A stretch of 64,000 nt of DNA from Callorhinchus milii (taxonomy: Eukaryota). The notes beneath the pieces were generated by a model. That model had not been told where the DNA came from. It made no database searches and worked only from the letters and a program-made list of their open reading frames with translations. The stretch covers positions 6,016,001 to 6,080,000 of the forward strand of contig NW_024704742.1 in the NCBI RefSeq assembly GCF_018977255.1. Direction: 5' to 3'. Below are positions 37,606 to 50,522 of the stretch, piece after piece (positions within the stretch are counted from its first letter, which is position 1; the number at the start of each line of letters is the position of its first letter). Both the position numbers and the translations under genes were made by a program.

Positions 37606-37943
37606 TGGAGTCCTGTAATAATAATAATAATCCTTGTTAGAGCACTCGCTTTGCAAGCGAGAGGCCTGAGTTCAATTCCAGGCAGAGGGAGGAAACCTTG
37701 GGCAAGTTTCCTTACTCCACACAGAGCCTAATAATAATCCCTCCAAAACCAAAAACAATAATAAAATTGGTCATTTTCAATCTACGAATGTTTGTGGGAC
37801 ATTGCTGTGCGCAATTGGCTGCTGCGTTCGCCCACAAATATACAGTCAATTCACTTTACAGTGTGTTCTGTGAAGCGCTTTGGGACGTCCTCCCGAAGTG
37901 AAAAGCGTTATATCAAATGTAAGGATTATTATTATTATTATAA
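37606..37943 (+). mobile_element. tRNA-Ala SINE, short subfamily, A-box disrupted
   Basis: Short body cacagagcctaataataatccctccaaaa. The A-box is replaced by an inverted tail fragment. Confidence 0.9.
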
Positions 37944-38179
37944 TATTCACTCCAATACGATTGAATAATAATGATTTTATCCTCCTTCTTGACTTGCCAT
38001 TGACAATCGGGAGCTTATGTCCCCTTGTCATTGAAATTGGCTGCCACATTTCTCGCCCACAAAATATACAGTCAATTCACTTTACAGTATATTCTGCGAA
38101 GGGCTTTGAGGTATCTTGAAGTCATGATAAGGCGCTATATCAAATGCAAGGATTATTATTATTTTTTATTCACCATAAA

Positions 38180-38640
38180 CTGGCAGGAATTGGAGAGAAT
38201 CTGACATGAGTGAGTGAATCTAACAGTAGAACCAGAGGACATGGCCTATGATTGAAGGGGGGTAAATTCAAAACTAATTTGCAGAGACATTATTTCAGTG
38301 AGTGACTGGTAAACCTATGGAACAGACTCCTTCGGGAGACGGTGGAAGCAGAAAGTGCTGATTCATACAAATGCAAATTAAATGGATTTCTTTTAGAAAA
38401 TAATATTTTGGGATACAGTGTATGAGTAATTTGATGCATGACATGTAGTAAGTGTAGTGAGCTTGGAAGATCCAGGCAACTTTGGGTCAAACATCCTTGA
38501 AGCTTTCCCTTCTATTGTAGGCTAATCCTCCAATCCATACAGAATTAATTGCTATCAACATCTCCATTATTGTAGCATGCACCTACCAGGATGGTAGAAG
38601 GCGAACTAGATAGACCTTGGTCTTTTTTAATCCAGAAATC
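38180..38640 (+). mobile_element. CR1 LINE 3' end
   Basis: RTRGHGL.LKGGKFKTNLQRHYFSE.LVNLWNRLLRETVEA, then a tail. Confidence 0.85.
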
Positions 38641-38682
38641 TAGACAGATATGCTGTCCGGTAAAGGTCATCAACACAACAAT

Positions 38683-39206
38683 GGGGAGAAATTCCTGGGT
38701 TTAGATTTACTCCAGTTTCTGAGCTATTCAGAGTGTCCAGAACCAGACAATTTGTTGAATTCAGTCAGCTCTAACTTTGAAACCAGTTTTCTGTAGTTTG
38801 TGAAAGAATTTAATAATAATAATAATCCTTGCATTTGATATAGAGACTTATCACATCTTTGAGACGTCTCAAAGCGCTTCATAGACTATACTGAAAAGTG
38901 AATTGACTGTATATTTTGTGTTGGTTACACTGATTAGCAACTAATTGCTTAGCACTTTGGATAGTAATCAGTGTAACCAGCAAACTGACTGCATATTTTG
39001 TCGGTGAAACGTGGTAGCCAATTGCGCAGAGCAGCATCTCACAAACAGTCATGGATTGAGTGACCACATTATTATTTCTATTATTATTTATAGAAAGCCG
39101 GCTTCAAAATGAAGAGCAGATTGATCAATTTGCCATATTCTGAGACTCACTCCGAAATTCTACATAAATAAGATTAAATCTGGGCCGAGGTGAAAATTCT
39201 GCCCCC
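38683..39206. mobile_element. Palindromic MITE-like element, copy 5, split by a minus-strand SINE (38811-39088)
   Basis: Left end ggggagaaattcc and right end ggtgaaaattctgcccc. The right arm aatttgccatattctg matches copy 1. Confidence 0.55.
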
Positions 39207-39559
39207 AGATCTGGTAAAAATTGATTATTTGGAGCAACGTGAACTTTGAAAAAGTGTGCTCAACAATAACAATCATTCAATCCCCTCAAACAAGTAATCT
39301 TTATTTCCGGTGCATGGTGACATCTCTCAGAAGAGCGCATTTTCTCCCGAAGAGCAATTTTGGTCCAACGTACAAACTGTTTCCTTTTTAGAGCAGGATT
39401 GAAGGTTGTAAAAGCGATTGCTGATCAGATACACTATGGATCTCCGACTAATGTCATGTAAAATTGATATCTCATGGTTTTGTTTGACGATCTTAGAGGG
39501 AAGCAGAAATATGATAGAGCTGGATCTTAAAACGGTTGTGTGTCTGTTTATAAAACTTC

Positions 39560-41270
39560 CTCAGGAGATTAAATAAATTGGGGAAGAATCTATCATAGTT
39601 CACAGTGTACCACATGAAAGACTCCTTCACAAACTGAGGTCACTACAATCAAGAGCTAGACACGGACATGGATTCAGAATTGGCTCAAGGGAAGGAAACG
39701 CATTGTGGTTATTAAAAGAGATAGGTCGCATGAGGGGGGTGGTGGGGAGGCGGTATTAAGCAGGGCACCTCAGGGGTCTGTAATGGAATATTCCTTCAGT
39801 TCTTCATATATATTCATGACCTGGACTCGGTAAGGTCGTTAAATTTGCAAATGATACCAAGTTGGGGTTACTGTGGAATCAGAGGAAGCAGCAAAAGTCT
39901 TACAAAGTGAGCTTTATTAGGGTATGCACAAGGGTTGATGTTTGTCAATTAAGAATTAATACAAATAAATGCAAGGTACCATATATATGTTTTATATATA
40001 TATTGTGGAGTCCTGTAGCTCAGTGGTTAGAGCACTCGCTTTGCAAGTGAGATACCTGAGTTCAATTCCAGGCAGAGGGCGAAACCTTGGGCAAGTTTCC
40101 TTACTCCACACAGAGCCTAATAATAATCCCTCCAAAACCAAAAACAATAATAAATTGGTCATTTTTAATCTACGACTGTTTGTGGGACATTACTGTGCGC
40201 AATCAGCTGCCGCGTTCGCCCACAAATATACAGTCAATTCACTTTACAGTATGTTCTGTGAAGCGCTTTGGGATGTCCTCCCAACGTGAAAAGCGCTATA
40301 TCAAATGCAAGGATTATTATTATATATACATATATATATATATTTGTATAGGAGGTAAGAATACGAAGCACTTACGCTCCTTAGATGGGGGTAAAACATG
40401 TCAAGGAGGACATTTAAATAAATCTAAGAGTGTTAATTAACTCGTTGCTCACCATAATAATAATAATAATAATAATCCTATTAATCCCATGTCAAAACTG
40501 TGAGGCAGCAAAAAACAAGGGAAACAGGATGCTGGGCTACATTACTCAATAAGTTGAGTTCAGATTGCCAGAAGTCATACTCAACCTATATGGTGCTCAG
40601 ATGAAGCTGCACCTTGAATACTGCTTACTGTTCTGGTCACTGTAATATAAGGGATCTCAGGCTCTAGAGATAATGCCAGAGGAGGGCAATAAGAATGAGG
40701 AATGAGCTATAGAGGTAATAATCCCTTAAAAATAAAAATAATAATAATTTGGTCACTCAATGTATGACTGTTTGTGGGACACTGCTGTGCGCAATTGGCT
40801 GCTGTGTTTTGTCCGCAAAATATAGTCAATTCACTTTACATTATATTCTGTGAAATGCCTATGATACGTCTAGAAGACATGATAAGGCACTGTATCAAAT
40901 GCAAGGATTATTATTATTATTATGAGCAACAGCTAGACAAGCTAAGACTCCTCACTCTTGAGAGAAGACGTCGCAGAGGGCATCTTATAGTGGTGTGTAA
41001 ACGTTTAAACGAAATTGAGAAAGAAGACCAGAATAGAACTTTTGGATGCACCGCAACAGCAGAACAAGAAGTCGTAGATTTCAGAGTCACAAAGGGCAAT
41101 TTCAGCACAGATACAAGAAGGTTTTCTATATCCAGAGAGTAATTAACCACTGGAACAGGTTGCAGGAAGGGTGGTTGAGGCAGGGCCCTGGATTCATTTA
41201 ATAAGCACCTTGATGGTAGGATATTCTGGAAGGATGAGATGAAATGGGCTTCACCCAAGCCAATCTTGTG
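39560..41270 (+). mobile_element. Old CR1 RT through C-terminus, interrupted by SINEs at 40006 and about 40712
   Basis: WIQNWLKGRK, GAPQGSV, KFANDTKLG, NRMLGYI, LHLEYCLLFWS and LLTLERRRRRGHLI occur in the expected order. Confidence 0.8.
40006..40323 (+). mobile_element. tRNA-Ala SINE, short subfamily
   Basis: Intact A and B boxes, anticodon loop TTTGCAA, flanked on both sides by (TA)n. Confidence 0.93.
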
Positions 41271-41455
41271 AGTGCAAAAGGTATAAAAAATGTTCAAAGA
41301 TATTCATTTCAGCACCACGCATATGCCTATAATGGGAAATCCCATTCATGGTTGACATTACCCTGATTGGTCAATTAAGCTTCTTGCGTTGGGAAATCTT
41401 CTTATCTTCCTAAATCATCCATATTACCTAAGGATATACAACAACAACAGCAAGT

Positions 41456-41761
41456 AGAGTCCTGTAGCTCAGTGGTTAGAGCACTCGCTTTGCAAGTGAG
41501 AGACCTGAGTTCAATTCCAGGCAGAGGGCGAAACCTTGGGCAAGTTTCCTTAATCCACACAGAGCCTAATAATAATTCCTCCAAAAAACAAAACAATAAT
41601 AAATTGGTCATTTTCAATCCACGACTGTTTGTGGGACATTGCTGTGCTCAATTGGCTGCCGCATTTGCCCACAAATATACAGTCAATTCACTTTGCAGTA
41701 TATTCTGTGAAGGGCTTTGGGATGTCTAGAAGACGTGAAAAGCGCTATATCAAATGCAAGG

Positions 41762-41795
<34 letters not shown>
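41456..41795 (+). mobile_element. tRNA-Ala SINE, short subfamily
   Basis: Highly similar to the copies at 40006 and 55631. Confidence 0.93.
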
Positions 41796-41796
<1 letters not shown>

Positions 41797-42140
41797 CAAA
41801 GGCACAGTTGACGAGGAGGGTCTTGAGATGGGTCTTGAAGCAGGCAAGGGAGGGGGCGAGACAGTGGTGGAGGTGGAGGGACTGCGGGACGGAGTTCCCG
41901 AAGGTGGGGGCTTTGAAGGTTAGGACCAGGATCTTGAACTCTATGCTCTGTGTGATGGGAAGCCATAGTTGACATCACCCTAATCAGTCGAAGCTGGGGG
42001 TGATAGAGTCATGGAGCCTGGTGTGGGAGAGGACACGGGCTGCAGAGTTCTGGATGATCTGCAGCCTATGAAGGGAGGAGTTGGGGAGGCCGACAAGCAG
42101 GGAGTTTGCGTAGTCGAGCCTGGATGTTATGAATGAGGGT
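41797..42140 (-). mobile_element. L2 LINE ORF2 C-terminal fragment
   Basis: [39 protein letters not shown]. Confidence 0.9.
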
Positions 42141-43509
42141 CTCGGCGATATATAGTCAGTCATGATCATGTGGACAAGTACACGATACATGTGACCTCGA
42201 ACATACATGATGACATTCATAGGCATAAATACCTCAGTATAACAGTTATAAAACGACTAACATTCTCTTCGCAATGTAATCCCTTGTCTGGATGAGTATC
42301 CAACACCACTTCTGATCTTTAATAACCAACCTCGTTTTACTGGAGGTGTTTCCATATCAATAAAATTGATAATATTCCTCAAAACCCAAAGAAATGTTCT
42401 TCCACTGAACTAGAATGTTGGATTATGAGCATTATTTGAGAATGTTACGGTATTTGCCTGCCAATACCAGGAGCCTCTCAAGGAAGAAATATTGGTATTT
42501 GATACATTGATGTGAATCAAGTCCATCTGAAGCCTACTGGAAAATTGCAGGAGTTACCAATCACTACTGTTATTTCAGCATTAGTTCACTGTAGTTTTAA
42601 TGACCCACTGTACTTTGAACGTTTGAGCTTTGTTTTTGATGTTTTGTACCCCTGTAACAGTTTGAATAACTAAACAGCATTTTTTTTTGCTAGGATCTAA
42701 CTTGTTGCTTTGTTCAACACAATGAGATCCCGAGAGGTTAACAAACACAGGGCAGTTTTTGAAGTTTATTTATTGACCTCTTGTGATCCCATTGTTTTCA
42801 GAAGGAATGTCACAAGGATGTATTGCAATATTTATGGCCAACATGCAGTAAGAAAAGGAGTGGTTGTTTTGTAAAATGTGATAGCATCTTATTTTTTTCC
42901 CGACGCTTCCTCTTCTGGTAAAAGATTTTTGACTTCTCTCTTTTTTTTTGCTCCATTTAAGAGACCATTATTGATATGGGAGACTTTGACTTGGGAGATC
43001 AATCCTGATCCAGGTGTGCTGGTGCTATATTGTTTGCCTTTTTACATGAAATGGAGCCCAGATGGAATTTCAGTTTAACGTCTCATCTCAAGAATGGGAC
43101 AGTACCTCCAACAGTGCAGTGCCTCCAACCAGCAATGCATTGGAGTGTTAGCCCACATGATGAGTTCTGGTGAGTCAATTCTGAGTGACATACATCAAAT
43201 TGAGATATTCCAGCAATCAATCCAATCAATCATCTGACGTTCAATGACCTTGAACTCATAACCCTTTCGACCATGTGGCAGTGCAACTGACTTGAGCCAG
43301 GCTGAAATCACTTTATCGCCGCTTTTATCCCACAACATCACGATTCCTCCATAAAGGTTGCTCGGTATAACACCATCCACTGAGCCCAGTCCCACAGCTG
43401 GAATGAAGGCAGTGGTGAGATTCCAGTTGTAGGATGTTTAATTGTACTAAAAATCATTTAGATATCAATTAGAAGTTCAGCAAATATTGTGATGAATTGT
43501 AATGCTTTA

Positions 43510-43750
43510 GAGGGCTTAAACAAGGTCCCTTCTACCTGTTCAGGTCCTGTCTGCTTGTTCGGGAATGACTTTAAAGATTCAATGGCATGACTCGAAAATA
43601 GAAGAGAGTTTCTCCCATTAGCTCTTGATATGTGCAAAATTGTCAATGTATTTATCTAAAAATCAATCACTACACTTGACAGCAGTTAACTGGGAAGCAT
43701 TTTTCAACGTGAGATGGTGCTCATCAAATGTTAGGATCATTATTATTCTG
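43510..43750 (+). mobile_element. Deu-domain SINE fragment (another lies on the minus strand at about 43040-43160)
   Basis: ctacctgttcagg...tttaaagattcaatggca followed by a tail. Confidence 0.6.
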
Positions 43751-44454
43751 AATAACCTATCTCTATGTCAAATAAGTAACGTACTGTTTAGGTACAAGGA
43801 AACCGTCAATAACAAGAGGAACTAACAGCAGGTGATACAGTAGCCACGGAATTATTTCCATCTGCTATTGCCCACATTTGAGATATAAATATTTTAATTC
43901 CTCATATAATTTGTAACAGGAAATTATAAATAGATGTATAAAGGACAATGCCATTACAATATCTACAGATACCATGTGGGTGTACAGCAATTGTCATCAC
44001 CCATGTGAACTATAATCCGAATGCCAAATAATCCATCAGCTACATCATTTATTTAATATTTTATGTTTTAGTCAATGAAGCACCATGTACAAACAGTGCA
44101 GAGATGCAGAATGTAGAAGTAATTAGTAGGAATGAAGTGAACTGGGCAAAATCATGGATCATCAGTGCATAGTGTTACGTAAGCAGTGGGCTTTAGGTAC
44201 AAGCCTGTGTGTCAGCCTGGCTCAGTTGGTAGCAAGGGGAACAAGATTCACAAAGAAGGAAGTCTGGAGAATACAGCTGGACTGCTCACACATTCACACA
44301 CATGGATGCTTTCAGAAACCTGGGACCAGATTGCTTGGTATTCTCAATCCAAAATGTCTAAAACCTACTCCAGCGGCACTTCGTGGGCCACAGGAAAAAG
44401 TGCCCATGACCTAAGCAGACTTTCCCCCAAAGCATCCCCCTTCACCCATATGAT

Positions 44455-44645
44455 ACACAATCTCCTGTGTACTGCATTCACCTGCACAGTACACAGTCTC
44501 AGAGCAATCACCAATATTACACCACAGTGTCAGGTCAATCCGCTGTTCCATGTACTGTATTTAGACAATCCCCTGTGCACTACACAGTCCTCAGACAATC
44601 CACTGTATGGTTTGCAGTCTCCATTCTCACTGTACGGTACACAGA
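44455..44645. repeat. Degenerate minisatellite, period about 30 bp
   Basis: Units resembling cagacaatcc.ctgtgcactacacagtc.t repeated about 5-6 times. Confidence 0.5.
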
Positions 44646-45419
44646 ATAATGAGACTTCGCCAAGGAGCCAAGTTCTGATTAGTCTTGAAGTCCTCTGAGC
44701 CTGTACACCACACAGGGATCTCCTGGGGAAAACAATGTTTATGTTGTGGACATGTTTATTGGAGGCCACACAGGACAGACTCTGCTAGGGTACTTTTCAG
44801 ATGCCCTTATTATAATTAAACAGAACTTAATAACTCACTCATGACTTTATTATTGAAACTAATTATTTGCAGAACTGTAATCCACAGTCACCACTGAGCA
44901 ACCTCTGTATGAAGATCAATCAGTCGTATATATTTGCTGATTATTTTCAACGAGCTAATTAAGTCTCAGATCCTACACTGGGTCTTGATGTGTCTCACTG
45001 TGGAACCAGGCATTTGTTATCCAGAGATCACAACGACTGATCTAGGATGCACAGACACCACCAATTTAATCATTTCACCCATTTTCTTGATTGTAGTAAA
45101 CAGAAGTGTTTTCCGTGAAACTTGTCCGTGATTTCTAGTGGGCCAAGTGTCGAATATTCAAGTGGAATAGACAAACATTAAGAGCAGGAATTTATGAGTA
45201 CATGCACCAAGCACTTCCAATGCCTTGGGACGTCCTCCAGATGTGAAAGGTGCTATATAAATGCAATTTGTTCTTTGTCTTGTTGTCAAAACAGAATTTG
45301 ATATAACTGTTAATACATCTTAATTCTTCATTTTTTTTCAGAGGAGTTTAGTGGGTCGAATTATCTTTCTAGTTTTCTCCCTGTTGACATACGCCTCTCC
45401 ACTCCTGGTCTGGCCTCCA

Positions 45420-45680
45420 GTTTCACAGGTACTGATTCCCCTCTGGTACTCTCTCCAACAGGCCACTCAACCGTACAAAGTCTTTCCAGCCAAACCTGAT
45501 CTTTCCCTACCCAGCTGCCACACACAGGAACCTTAGCTGTTTTTTCCTCCCTCGCACTGTGAGCACCAGGGCCAATATAATCTCCCCAGGCGACCATAGC
45601 TGAAACAAGCAAACTCAGCACAGACCTGGTTTCAAACCGGGCCACTCCTAGTCTGTAAGATGCAATTTTATCCTCTGCCT
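45420..45680 (-). mobile_element. AmnSINE2-like ancient SINE fragment
   Basis: Minus strand reads cagactaggag...ggtttgaaaccaggtctgtgctgagtttgcttgtttcagc...attggccctggtgc...gagggaggaaaaaacagctaaggttcctg. Confidence 0.5.
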
Positions 45681-45961
45681 TAACAATATAACTTGATAAA
45701 CATTTCTACAGTGGCTACTTCGCTACTCTTCTCTTGATAAATAACAACAACAGCTTGCATTTATATAGTGCCCTTCTCATACGATAGTATACCAGAGCAC
45801 TGTGTTATTCACGGACACACAAGACACTTAGATTCATAGAATATTGTAGCAGATGAGAGCCAAGGCTTGGCTCTAGTTTCTCAGGCTCTGAATTTCTAGG
45901 AACATTTACCCCAGCTTCTCTTCGTATGAATAAAGCAAATGATTAAGAGAATCAACTATGT

Positions 45962-46023
45962 GTGCATTTACAGGGCAAACATATTCCAATCAAGTGCAGT
46001 ACAGGGCAAACATATTCCAATCA
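45962..46023. repeat. Local tandem duplication, about 31-bp unit
   Basis: tacagggcaaacatattccaatca occurs twice. Confidence 0.9.
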
Positions 46024-46604
46024 CTTGCACCATAGAATTTAGGTAATATCAGAATGGATATAAGTACACCACAGAGCTGTATGCTCTTTTCAATTAAACT
46101 AATTTGGATCAAATATGTTTTATTCCACAACGAGATCCACTAATCAATCAGACTACCAATACCCAACTACTGTGGAACAACGTATTTACTGTTTTTCTAA
46201 ACTGACCTTTTTCTTTACATTCTGCTCTCTCTAGAAATGAGAAGCAAGTTCTCTTGATATCTTGGCCAACTATTCTCCAGTGATAACATTGATCATTCAC
46301 CTTATGGCTGTTTATGGCACATTGCAACCAAATTGACTCCCCAACGTAATCCACAGTCGCTACACTTTATGGTATATTCTTTGAAGTGCTTTGAGACATC
46401 CTCCTGAGATAAACGGCACCGCATCAAATGTAAAAATATTATTAGAAGAATGTGAACATCTTTCTTAAAAAAAAGCCACCTTTGTATTTATAGATCTGGG
46501 AACAACTTGCCAAATAAATATTTTCTTGCTAAGTGATCTTATGCAGCAGGCATATGCAGAGGAACTTTCTCTCCTTCCATTCTTTGACATGAACTTTGCA
46601 ATGG

Positions 46605-46966
46605 AATAATAATAATTCTTGCATTTGATATAGCGCCTTATCACGTCTTCGAGACGTCTCAAAGCGCTTCACAGAATAAACTGTAAAGTGAATTGACTGT
46701 ATATTTTGTGGGCGAAACGTGGTTGCCAATTGCACTCAGCAGTCCCCATAAACAGTCGCGGATTGAGTGACCACATTTTTTTAAAGGAATTATTACCTCC
46801 GGAAAAGCAATCCGTCAATCGACTAACAACTGGGCTCCTACTTACTGCTAGGTAAAGAGAGACATGTGGAGTAAGGAAACTTGCCAAACGTTTCACCCTC
46901 TGGGAATCAAACCCAGGTCTCTTACTTTTGAGGCGAGTGCTCTAACCACTGAGTTACAGGACTCCA
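46605..46966 (-). mobile_element. tRNA-Ala SINE, long subfamily
   Basis: Full-length inverse copy. Confidence 0.92.
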
Positions 46967-47689
46967 AACAGAATACGTCAACAACAGGCACATGATGCAT
47001 CACGTGAAGGGAATGGAGCAAATGAGATGCTCAACACATTATCTTGTATCCTTGAACATCAGTATTGAACTGAGAGGTATTGTCCCTTAAAACATTTAGA
47101 CACCTCACTGAAGCCACATCAGCCACAAACATGCTTCAAGTAAAATGACCAGGATGAATGAGTCACATTATCTCCTGTGCTGTGTCAAGAGTGAAGATGG
47201 TGACCAAAGCTATCACTAACACCTCAGGATACCCTGGAAACCATTAACTCTAAACTAGACAGCTCTGGACTGTCTCACTATAGGAATCAAACATCTTTTA
47301 TCAGGGCTACACAGCATCAAATATCCGACTGATGTAGGAAAAAATACTTAATTGAAGTAAGTGGTCCCAATCCAGCAGTTCAAGTTGAAAAATCAAGAAA
47401 ATAGATGCCGAACCAAACATTTTGCTGGGTTTAAAGGCGTGTCCAAACACATTTGGAGTTGGTGTTTTTATTTGAAAGTAATGCAATTGTTGGAACTTCC
47501 TGCGAGGAACAAAGTGAAGACTAGGCTCTTCACTGAAATCCTAGTCAATGAAAGCCTCTGGGAGCTTTAAGCACATGGGATTTGGTGGGGCTCGGATAAT
47601 ATTGGATGCAGCATTCAAAGCTGGAAACGTAAAGCATGTGAGAAAGTGTCCACTCTATCACAACACAGAACAGAAGAAAACACAGAAAA

Positions 47690-48225
47690 CACAGAGGAAA
47701 AAGGACATTGGGTCTATGAAGTCTCTATTTCCACTGTCCAGAGAAAGCTTACCCTACCATTACCCTAATCCCAGCCAGATGACATTTTCTGCCTCTCCCT
47801 CCCCTAACAACATAGAAAGCATTTCGTTCCATGGAGTATTTAGTCATCACAGGCTGCACTGATCCCCCACATCCTTCAAAACTGTTCCCAATCAGATATT
47901 TATCCAATTAGTTTTCGGAGACATTAGTCAACACATCATCTTCTTTAATGGAAGTCTGGTTCACATATTTGTGGAGAAACAAATCCCTCTCATTTTTAAT
48001 CTTGTTCAAATATTGTTAATTTTAAACTTCTGCCCTGTAATTGCTCGCTCTTGGTCTAAGTTAAATAGGCTGCTTACATCCACATGATCTGTCTCCAAAG
48101 TTTAAAAGATCTGCATCCATGATTTCCCCCTCAATCTTCTGTTCTCCTGTGAAGACAAGTTCAGCCGTTCCTCACAACATGGAGTCCTAAATCTTGGAGT
48201 TATCNTTTTTCTTAGGCTTCTTCGC
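47690..48225 (-). mobile_element. Very old CR1 3' end
   Basis: Inverse of CR1 C-terminal and tail motifs (tttatccaatt, cccctcaatcttctgttctc). Confidence 0.45.
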
Positions 48226-49839
48226 TTTTCAGTGTCCTTTATTGCATCTATTAAATTGAACCATATCTGCCCTTATGCTAGAATAGTATTTTTTCCCAGG
48301 ATAGTAACATATAGTGAATACGTTGTTACTCATATTCATCGGCGGAAGATAAATTTCAAATTTCACCTGTGGTCGCTCCAAGGTTGGAATCATTTATTTT
48401 CACTCATTATCAAATGTATTTGATTCGTTTTATTTTACATTGAATGAAAACCTTCAGAAGGTAATCAGTCAATAATAATAATGATAATAATAATAATAAT
48501 AATAATAAGGTTCACTAGAAAGATGGTGGAAGCAGAAAATGTTCTTTGGTTCAAGAACAAATTAGATAGATTTCTGTCAGAAAATAATATCTCGGAATAC
48601 ACTATATTGTTTGGCACACGACATGTCAAGCAATGGCCAGGATGGTGGAAGGTGAACTGAATGGACTAGGTCTTCTTTCACCGAGCAAATTGTTATATTC
48701 TTATGTTCTTAAGAGTAATGAAACCCAATTATTTTCCTTCTCCCGCTCAACTAATAGACACACTTCATTATACACCCCTTAACTGTTTGGTTCCAATACG
48801 CATTGCCTTATAGGATTCGTGGGCATTGGTTTCGAGTTGTGAAAGGCAATTTTAGGACATCGTTGGGATAAGAGCAGCTGGAAATAGTTACCTAGACGTG
48901 CGGATGAGGACACTGTACTGAACTCATATAAGAAACCATTTGGTGTAATATGAAGAGAATGGGGGAAAGAGGTATTCTCAAAGAACAAGATCAAAACAGA
49001 CTCAAGAGCCTTCTTCCTCTGAACTTAATCTAATGATGTATTATCTTATAACTATCTACGCTAAAATTCATTATGCTTAATTTACCTGCTTAATTGGTCC
49101 AGTTCTTTTCAAGTGTGACGTATCCTCTTTCCTGCTGTTAAAGTATTGTTCCACATTAATTTGTATCAGCAGCAAATTTTAAAATGTTACAAAACAGACA
49201 CCGGAGCAAATCTTCTCGTCCCTGCTCCCAAATTCAGCTTCCTCCATTCACCCTCATCTTTCATGTCCTTTTTCTCAATATGTTTTCAATCCTATTAGTT
49301 ACTGTAATTTGCCCTTAATTCCTTTAAATTTACATTTTTCAAAGAGTCTCATATGTGGAATATTATTAAATGTCATCTGAATATTCAGTTGCGAATGTAA
49401 ATTACAAAGGAATCAATAAAGGGATTCTACAATGGCTTTGCTTCCCTGAAATCTTCCCGGAAAGGAATGTGCAATGCTTTGACACAGTGGAAGACGCCTT
49501 CGAATCTGCAATCTCACCCCAAAATAGCAATCCGTTATTCATGTCTAGAATGGGAAATCTCATTATAAACATGCAATGAAAGGTTTGCTATTTTTAGCGA
49601 CCAACGCATAATAGATCGCTTTATCTAGAAAACACAGAAAAGCAGAAGGTTTTGAGAAGGTATCGTATAGCAGAGAGAAAATAGCAATGGGAGTTTTCGC
49701 TATATTTACTTTCATCTGTTTGTTTCCTGTCCTAAACGTATCTCACCCATGTCTTAGCTGGCCTTTATTGTCCTAGGAAGCTTTAAGATCTAAAAGACAG
49801 ATATTTCAAACGAAGATTCCTTAATTAAATATAGCAATC

Positions 49840-50030
49840 AATAATAATAAATTGGTCACTTCAATCCACGACTGTTTGTGCGGACGTTGCTGTGCGCAAT
49901 TGGCTGTCGTGTTTCGCCCACAAAATATACTGTCAATTCACTTTACAGTACATCCTGCGAAGAGCTTTGAGACGTCTCGAAGACGTGATAAGGCGCTGTA
50001 TCAAATGCAAGGATTATTATTATTATTATT
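49840..50030 (+). mobile_element. tRNA-Ala SINE, 5'-truncated
   Basis: aattggtcac through (TTA)n. Confidence 0.9.
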
Positions 50031-50149
50031 AATGAAGTAATCCAGAAATACATCATGTCAACCGAATCAAATACTCTGTCTGACACAATCCAATTTCTGG
50101 AGCAGAGTTGTTACAAGTCGCTGTGTTGCGTGTGACATATTTCTAGTTT

Positions 50150-50522
50150 CGTGACGGATTCTCCACTTGGAATTCTTAGTTTGACTTCAAAGTCTTCACC
50201 CTCCCTATCCTTTTCTCTTATCTTTCTGATCTTCTCCTCAGCCACTGTTTGCCCTCCTCTGCTTGGCCAAATCGTGCTTTCCTGCCCCCACTGAGCCACC
50301 ATCAGCGGTCGAGCTTTCAACCTGCTTTCTCCTATCCCTCCCCCTCTCTCCAATATTATCTTCCTTTAAATCTCTAAAACATACCTCTTCGATTGTGCTT
50401 ATTGTACCCTACCCCCTTCCTCCCCTCTCCCTCCCACTTGGTTGGTGTCCAACCCCATTGGTGAGAAACACTGCAAAATGCTGTCCTATATGGTCCGGTG
50501 CTATATAAATGCAAGTTGTTGC
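50150..50522 (+). mobile_element. L2 LINE 3' end
   Basis: TISGRAFN and SFKSLKHT-like motifs, with the tail ggtgctatataaatgcaagttgttg. Confidence 0.75.

Noticed and set aside
40006..40085. Apparent tRNA-Ala genes at SINE heads
   Set aside because: Each is followed by a SINE body and tail and has stem defects, so they are SINE heads and not tRNA genes.
43195..43395. GGIVMLWDKS motif resembling an L1-type endonuclease
   Set aside because: It is a single short motif with no supporting flanking domains.
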